NCBI GenBank assembly: GCA_026770705.1
Contig: JANJGN010000034.1
Span: 17,546,001 to 17,610,000, forward strand
DNA: 64,000 nucleotides
Direction: 5' to 3'
Source of the DNA: Isurus oxyrinchus
Taxonomy: Eukaryota
Part shown: positions 58,250 through 64,000 of the stretch, in pieces
Layout of the letters: every line of letters starts with the position of its first letter
How positions within the stretch are numbered: the stretch's first letter is position 1
Program-made: the position numbers and the translations under genes
The notes under the pieces: model-generated
The model's database searches: none
What the model was told of the DNA's origin: nothing
Seen by the model: the letters and a program-made list of their open reading frames with translations, nothing else

Positions 58250-58835
58250 CTGTTGGATCCTGGGCTTTATACACAGGAGCTTAGGTTAAAAAGCAAGGAG
58301 ATTATGATAAATCTGTATAAACCCTGGTTTGGCTTCAACTGGAGTCCCAGTCTGGGCACCACACTTTAGAAGCAATGTGAAGGCATCAGAGAGGATGCAG
58401 AAAAGATTCACAAGAACGGTTCCAGATGTGAGGAACTTCAGTTGTGTGGATAAATTGGAGAAGCTGGGGCTGTTGTCCTTGGAGAAGAGGTCAAGAGGAG
58501 ATTTGATAAAGGCGTTCAAAATCATGAGGGGTCTGGACTGGGTAGAGAGGGAGAAGCTGTCCCCATTGGTGGAAGGACCATGATCCAGAGGACACCAATT
58601 TACAGCGATTGGCAAAAGAAGCAACAGCGACATGAGGAGAAACCTTTTTCACGCGGTGAGTGGGTTAGCATCTGGGAATGCACTGCCCAAGAGTGTGGGG
58701 GAGGCAGGGTCAATTGAGACTTTCAAAAGAGAATTGGATAATCAGCTGAAGAAGAAACAAATTGCAGGGCCACAGGGGGTAGCTGAGTTGCTCTTGCAGG
58801 GAGCTAGCAGAGGCTCGATGGGCTGAATGATCCAA
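58250..58835 (+). mobile_element. CR1 LINE 3' end
   Basis: WAPHFRSNVKASERMQKRFTR...SLEKRSRGDLIKAFKIM; NALP...FKRELD. Confidence 0.85.
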
Positions 58836-59109
58836 GATTCCATGTGAGATCCCCAGGGTGCCATACCACATTCAGCCTGTAGATGGCGGACTGTACCACT
58901 CCTGCAGGTGGAGGGAGGGGGGAACCTCAACCTGTAACGCATCTAGATGCAAATAGGACGGTGGCTGAATGGGCTGGATACTAAGTCGGGGATTAATCTT
59001 AATGATCAAATCAAATGGAAGCCCTGCCGTGAAACCTGAGTCCATCCTATCCTGGTTATTTCTAAAACCATATTCTGCACCCACACCATACTTTGGAGCA
59101 GCGATGGTT

Positions 59110-59800
59110 GATCCCACAGGTGCGCAGGCGGGGCTAGAAATGTAGGGGGCGCGGCCTGTGGGGAGCACGTGCGCGGTAGGCGTGGGAAAGTGAGGCGGCA
59201 GAGGAGTGAGCGTGGACGGTAGTGAGCACGTGAGCGGCAGAGATGGGTGGCGGGTGGGAGGGGGCGTGGTCAAGTCGGGAGCGCCTGCGTCCTGTGTGGT
59301 GGATGAAGGGGGCGAGCGGATTTGAGGGGAGCCCGCACGGCGGAGCGAAGAAGGGGCGTGGCCGGGTCCGGGCGCCTGCGCAGTGGGATGGTGCTCGAGA
59401 AGAAGTGCGCGGGGGGGGGGAAATTCGTTGTCGGTTTCAAGCGCATGCGCAGCGGGTTGTCGAGCGCCTGCGTACTGCGGGCGTTGCTCGAAGAGGAATG
59501 GGCGCGGTCGGTTGGTAGCGCCTGCGCAGCGGGGCGTGGAGTGGTCGAGGAGGGAGGCGCGGTCGGTTGGGAGCGCCAGCGCAGCGGGGCGTGGACGAGG
59601 AGGGGGGGGGCGCGGTCGGTTGGGAGCGCCTGCGCAGCGGGGCGTGGAGTCGTCGAGGAAGGGGGCGTGGTCGGTTGAGAGCGCGTGCCAGCTGGGGGGG
59701 CGGGGCATTACAGCGCATGCGCAATAGGGCGCTGGTCGAAGGAGGCGCTCGAGCGCCCATTTTGGCGCGCTTTTCCGTTTTGTTTTGCAACAGCCGCTTT
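59110..59800. promoter_or_regulatory. CpG island with multiple NRF1-type (GCGCATGCGC/GCGCCTGCGC), GC-box and E-box motifs and ~55-bp internal repeats
   Basis: High CpG density; motifs read directly. Confidence 0.8.
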
Positions 59801-60694
59801 ATTGTTGTGTCAATTTCAGGGCTGGGGAGGGAACCAAAACCTGTCCATACCTCTCATAATATCCATAACCCCGGCAAAACCTGAGGAGAACCCACCCTCA
59901 TTTCGGTAAACAAAGCCATTTATTATCGTAGATGCCTTAATTCTTGGATTTTAACATATCTTAAAAGGAGCTGGTATTTACTGGTCACCAAAAAGAATTG
60001 GGGAGGCAGGTCTTGCTCTCAGTAAGAAATTCATCTAAAGTAGTATTTCAGGTGAATCAATGGTCCTGTGCAAAAAATTGTTGAGATTTGTGTATATATA
60101 TATATAGATATTTAGTATTTTCAGACAGTTGTGGCTGTGTATGTTTTAAAAATGGGTTGTTGTAATGGCACCAGGCAAAGTTCCTAACATTTTTTGGTGG
60201 CCAATTTAAAAAGAAAATTGTCACCAACTCTAGCATTTCAGAGACACAAACACTCTTAAAATTGCAACAGAATGAAGTTTTTACAAGGGGGTGTTGAATG
60301 ATACGCCAAATATTCATGACTGGGTCAGATGTTTCAATAATTACCCTTTGAAAAGTTTTTTTTAACAATAATTTGATAATTACTGGAAAATGACCTTTTT
60401 TTTAAGGAAAATAGTTTGGTTACCTCAAAACTCATTATAGTGATTTTTTTTCCATAAAAAATAAAAACAGAAAATGTTGGAAAAACTCAGCAGGTCTGAC
60501 AGCACCTGGGGAGAGAGAAACTGAGTCGACTATGACTTCTTCATAGTGATTTTTCAATCTGGTTACAGGATAGCATTAAATAATTTTATAAATTTTGTAT
60601 TTCTAATTTCTGTTTGATGTAAATTTTATTTGGCCTTTGTATATATGCGAGTAAAGACCAGACAAAATAATTTGTACTGATTTTTGGATGTTGA

Positions 60695-61700
60695 TTTTTT
60701 TTATTCATTCATGGGATGTGGGCGTCGCTGTCTGGGCCAGCATTTATTGCCCATCCCTAGTTGCCCCTTGAGAAGGTGGTGGGTGAGCTGCCTTCTTGAA
60801 CCGTTGCAGCCCCTGTGGTGTAGGTACACCCACAGTGCTGTTAGGGAGGGAGTTCCAGGATTTTGACCCAGCGACAGTGAAGGAACGGCTGATATATTTC
60901 CAAGTCAAGATGGTGAATGACTTGGAGGGGAATTTCCAGGTCATGGTATTCCTATTTATCTGCAGCCCTTGTCCTTCTAGGTGGTAGTGGTCCTGGGTTT
61001 GGAAGGTGCTGTCTAAGGAGTCTTGGTGAATTCCTGCAGTGCCTCTTGTAGATGGTACACTCACTGCTGCTACTGTGTGTCAGTGGTGGAGGGAGTGAAT
61101 GTTTGTGGAAGGGGTGCCAATCAAGTGGAGATGCTTTGTCCTGGATGGTGCTGAGCTTCTTGAGTGTTGTGGGAGCTGCAGTCATCCAGGCAATGGGGAG
61201 TATTCCATCACACTCCTGACTTGTGCCTTGTAGATGGTGGACAGGCTTTGGGGAGTCAGGAGGTGAGTTACTCACCACACGATTCCTAGCCTCTGACCTG
61301 CTCTTGTAGCCACAGTATTTATATGGCTATTCCAGTTCAGTTTCTGGTCAATGGTAACCCCCAGGGTGTTGATAGTGGGGGATTCAGTGATGGTAATGCT
61401 ATTGAACGTCAAAGGATGATGGTTGGATTTTCTCTTGTTGGAGATGGTCATTGCCTGACACTTGTGTGGTGTGAATGTTACTTGCTATTTGTCAGCCGAA
61501 GCCTGGATATTGTCCAGGTCTTGCTGCATTTGGTCATGGACTGCTTCAGTATCTGAGGAGTTGCGAATGGTGCTGAACATTGTGCAATCATCGGAAAACA
61601 TCCCCACTTTTGACCTTATGATGGAAGGAAGGTCATTGATGAAGCAGCTGAAGATGGTTGGGCTGAGGACACTACCCTGGGGAACTCTTGCAGTGATTTG
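60695..61700 (-). mobile_element. CR1/L2-type LINE, RT C-terminal half and 3' end
   Basis: VPQGSVLSPTIFSCFINDLP...MFSDD. Confidence 0.88.
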
Positions 61701-62034
61701 TTGTGGTGTCGTGTAAGGGAGGGAAATGCAGATAATTGGATTGGGCTGCACTGGCACCATTTGCAAATCGGATATTCTGTCCTTCTATGAAATGCTTAAA
61801 TTTATTTTATTATTTATAGAAAATTAATAATTTGAGAGTTAGAATTGCCAGAAGCACTGAACTTTCTCTGCTGTATAGGCTGAGGAGCTGGGAGGTTGCT
61901 ATCACTGGTGGGAGGATGTAATTACAAGGAGACACATTTACATTGGCTGTTACCATTATAAATCTGGACATCGGAGTTTATAGTTGAATAGGTTTACAAG
62001 AAGTGCACAACTTGTTTAGACATAGGCACAATAT

Positions 62035-63055
62035 AAACAAGGGCTGCTACTCCCTTCAATATATATAGGGGTTGCTATTTCCTTCAGTATACACATGGGT
62101 TGCTATTTCCTTCAATATACACTGGGGCTGTTATTTACTGCAATATGCACAGAGCCTGCAATTTGATATAATATGCACATGGGGCTTCTATACCTGTTAA
62201 TATACACAGAGGCTGCTATTTGTGACAATATATGCAGGGACTGCTTTTCATTATAGTATATAAAGGGACTACTATTGCCTATAATATACACGGCTGTTAT
62301 TCTGTACAATATGCATAAGGGCTACTATTCCTTTTAATATACACAGGGGCTGCTATTCCATATAATTTACACATGAGGTACTATTCTTTATAATATACAT
62401 GGGCTGCTATTCTTTCCAATTTGCCCAGGAGCTGCTATTTCCTGTAGTATATATAGGGACTGCTGTTCTTTATAATTTACACAGGAGCTGATATTCTTTA
62501 TAATATGAATAAGGGCTGCTGTTCTCTACAATATAATACTGGAGCTGTTTTTCCTTATAGTATACACAGGAGCTGCTATTCTTTCCAATTTACACAGGAT
62601 CTGCTATTCCCTATAATATGTTTGGAGGCTGCTGTTCTCTACAACATATACAGGGGCTGTTTTTCCTGATAATACAGACAGGGGCTGCTATTCTCTACAA
62701 TATACACAGGGGCTGCTATTCCCTATATTATAAACAGGGTCTGCTTTTCCTTATAGTATAGATAGGGGCTATTATTTTGTACAATATAATAGGAGCTGCT
62801 ATTCCGATAATATATATAGGGGCTGCTGTTCTCTACAACATATACAGAGGCCACTTTTCCTTATAGTATATACAGCGACTGCTATTCTCTACAATATACG
62901 CAAGGGCTGTTATCCTGTGCAATATATACAGGAACTGTTATCCTCTATATTATACCCAGTGGCTTTTATTCTTCAGAATATATACAGGGTTTGCTATCCC
63001 CTAGAGTATACAGAGAGGCTGTTAATCCCCACAATGTATGCAGAAATTACTACTT
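62035..63055. repeat. Degenerate 28-bp AT-rich minisatellite (GGGCTGCTATTCCCTATAATATACACAG-like)
   Basis: 28-bp period visible at 62041, 62069, 62097 and 62125. Confidence 0.85.
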
Positions 63056-63179
63056 AGTAAGTCACACACCCAGGCTGCTAATACCTATATCATCTTTTAG
63101 CTACCTAATCTAACCCTGAATTTTGATATACTATCTGCCTCAAATATTAACCTGTGAAAAGAATTCCACTTCCTCACAA

Positions 63180-63407
63180 TGCTGGGAAGAGTGTCCTGCA
63201 GTCAGCATCGTGGTGAAACAGTCTGGGAAGAGTGTCCTGCAGTTAGCATCGTGGTGAAGCAGCCTGGGAAGAGTGTTCTGCAGTCAGCATTGCAGTGAAG
63301 CAGTCTGGGAAAAGTGTCCTGCAGTTAGCATCGTGGTGAAGCAGCCTGGGAAGAGCGTCCTGCAGTCAGCACCGTGGTGAAGCCGTCTGGGAAGAGTGCC
63401 CTGCAGT
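63180..63407. repeat. 41-bp tandem repeat, about 5.5 units
   Basis: CTGGGAAGAGTGTCCTGCAGTCAGCATCGTGGTGAAGCAGC-like units at 63182, 63223, 63264 and onward. Confidence 0.9.
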
Positions 63408-63424
63408 TTTTGTTGAAAATAACG

Positions 63425-64000
63425 AGTGACATCACAAGACAGCATGAGAGAGTGGCAGAGAGATCAGAACCAGCGTGAGTGCGGGAAGCTTCAAAATGTG
63501 ATGCCAGCACACAGGTGAGAGCTGATTGGTGGGTAGTGGGTAAGTGTTTTTCTCCAGTTTAAAATAGATTAAGCTAGGGAAAGGTAAGAGTTCTCGTTTT
63601 TATTTAAAGTACATAAATAACCTTTTTTTTACTGTATTTAACTTAGAGTACGGGTTTTTTTTCAGCTAGAGGCATGGCAGGGCAGCTCATTCCCGTGTTA
63701 TGTACCGCCTGCAACATGTGGGAAGTCCTAGATGCTCCTTACACTCTGACCGACCACATGTGCAGGAAGTGCCACCAGCTGCAGCTACTTGAGCTCTGGG
63801 TTTCGGAGCTTTAGCGGCAGCTGGAGACACTGAGGTGCATCCGCGAGGCTGAGAGTTTCGTGGATAGCACGTTTTTAGATGTGGTCACCCCACAGCTTAC
63901 AAAGTGCAGACAGAGAGGGATTGGGTGACCATCAGTCAGAAGAAAGGTGTCAGGCAGGTAATCAGGAAACCCCCAGAGTGCATCTCGCTTGAGAACCGTT
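63425..64000 (+). mobile_element. CR1 LINE 5'UTR and disrupted ORF1 start
   Basis: CTACNMWEV...CRKCHQLQLLELWVSEL*RQLETL zinc-finger/leucine-zipper pattern from ~63674. Confidence 0.7.

Noticed and set aside
58872-59909. Overlapping GC-rich ORFs
   Set aside because: Expected in a CpG island; no recognisable domain.

Overview
Vertebrate genomic DNA, most likely from a shark or other cartilaginous fish, judged from the repeat families (DeuSINE-like SINEs and their 33-bp derivative array, CR1/L2 LINEs, Penelope elements, 37- and 69-bp minisatellites). (1) 1-34.6 kb: a tandem array of four related units of a + strand gene for a type I membrane protein with one B7/butyrophilin-like IgV domain. Units B (4319-12952) and D (23134-29890) can each be assembled by hand into a 6-exon, 238-aa ORF: split signal peptide, IgV, Pro/Thr stalk, TM and a Tyr-free tail. 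Unit A (364-2771) is decayed and unit C (19235-19255) keeps only the promoter and exon 1. Penelope-like elements with variant hammerhead motifs sit in the promoters and intron 1. (2) 34.65-52.9 kb: an ~18-kb strand-asymmetric G/A-rich satellite with a homogeneous 20-bp core; the giant ORFs there are artefacts. (3) 53-64 kb: a 67-bp CpG/YY1-motif tandem repeat, an assembly gap, coding exon 1 of a divergent adenosine-receptor-like GPCR (- strand, DRY replaced by NTH), an NRF1-motif CpG island and LINE/minisatellite debris. Exon models and family calls come from reading the sequence; no database search was run.
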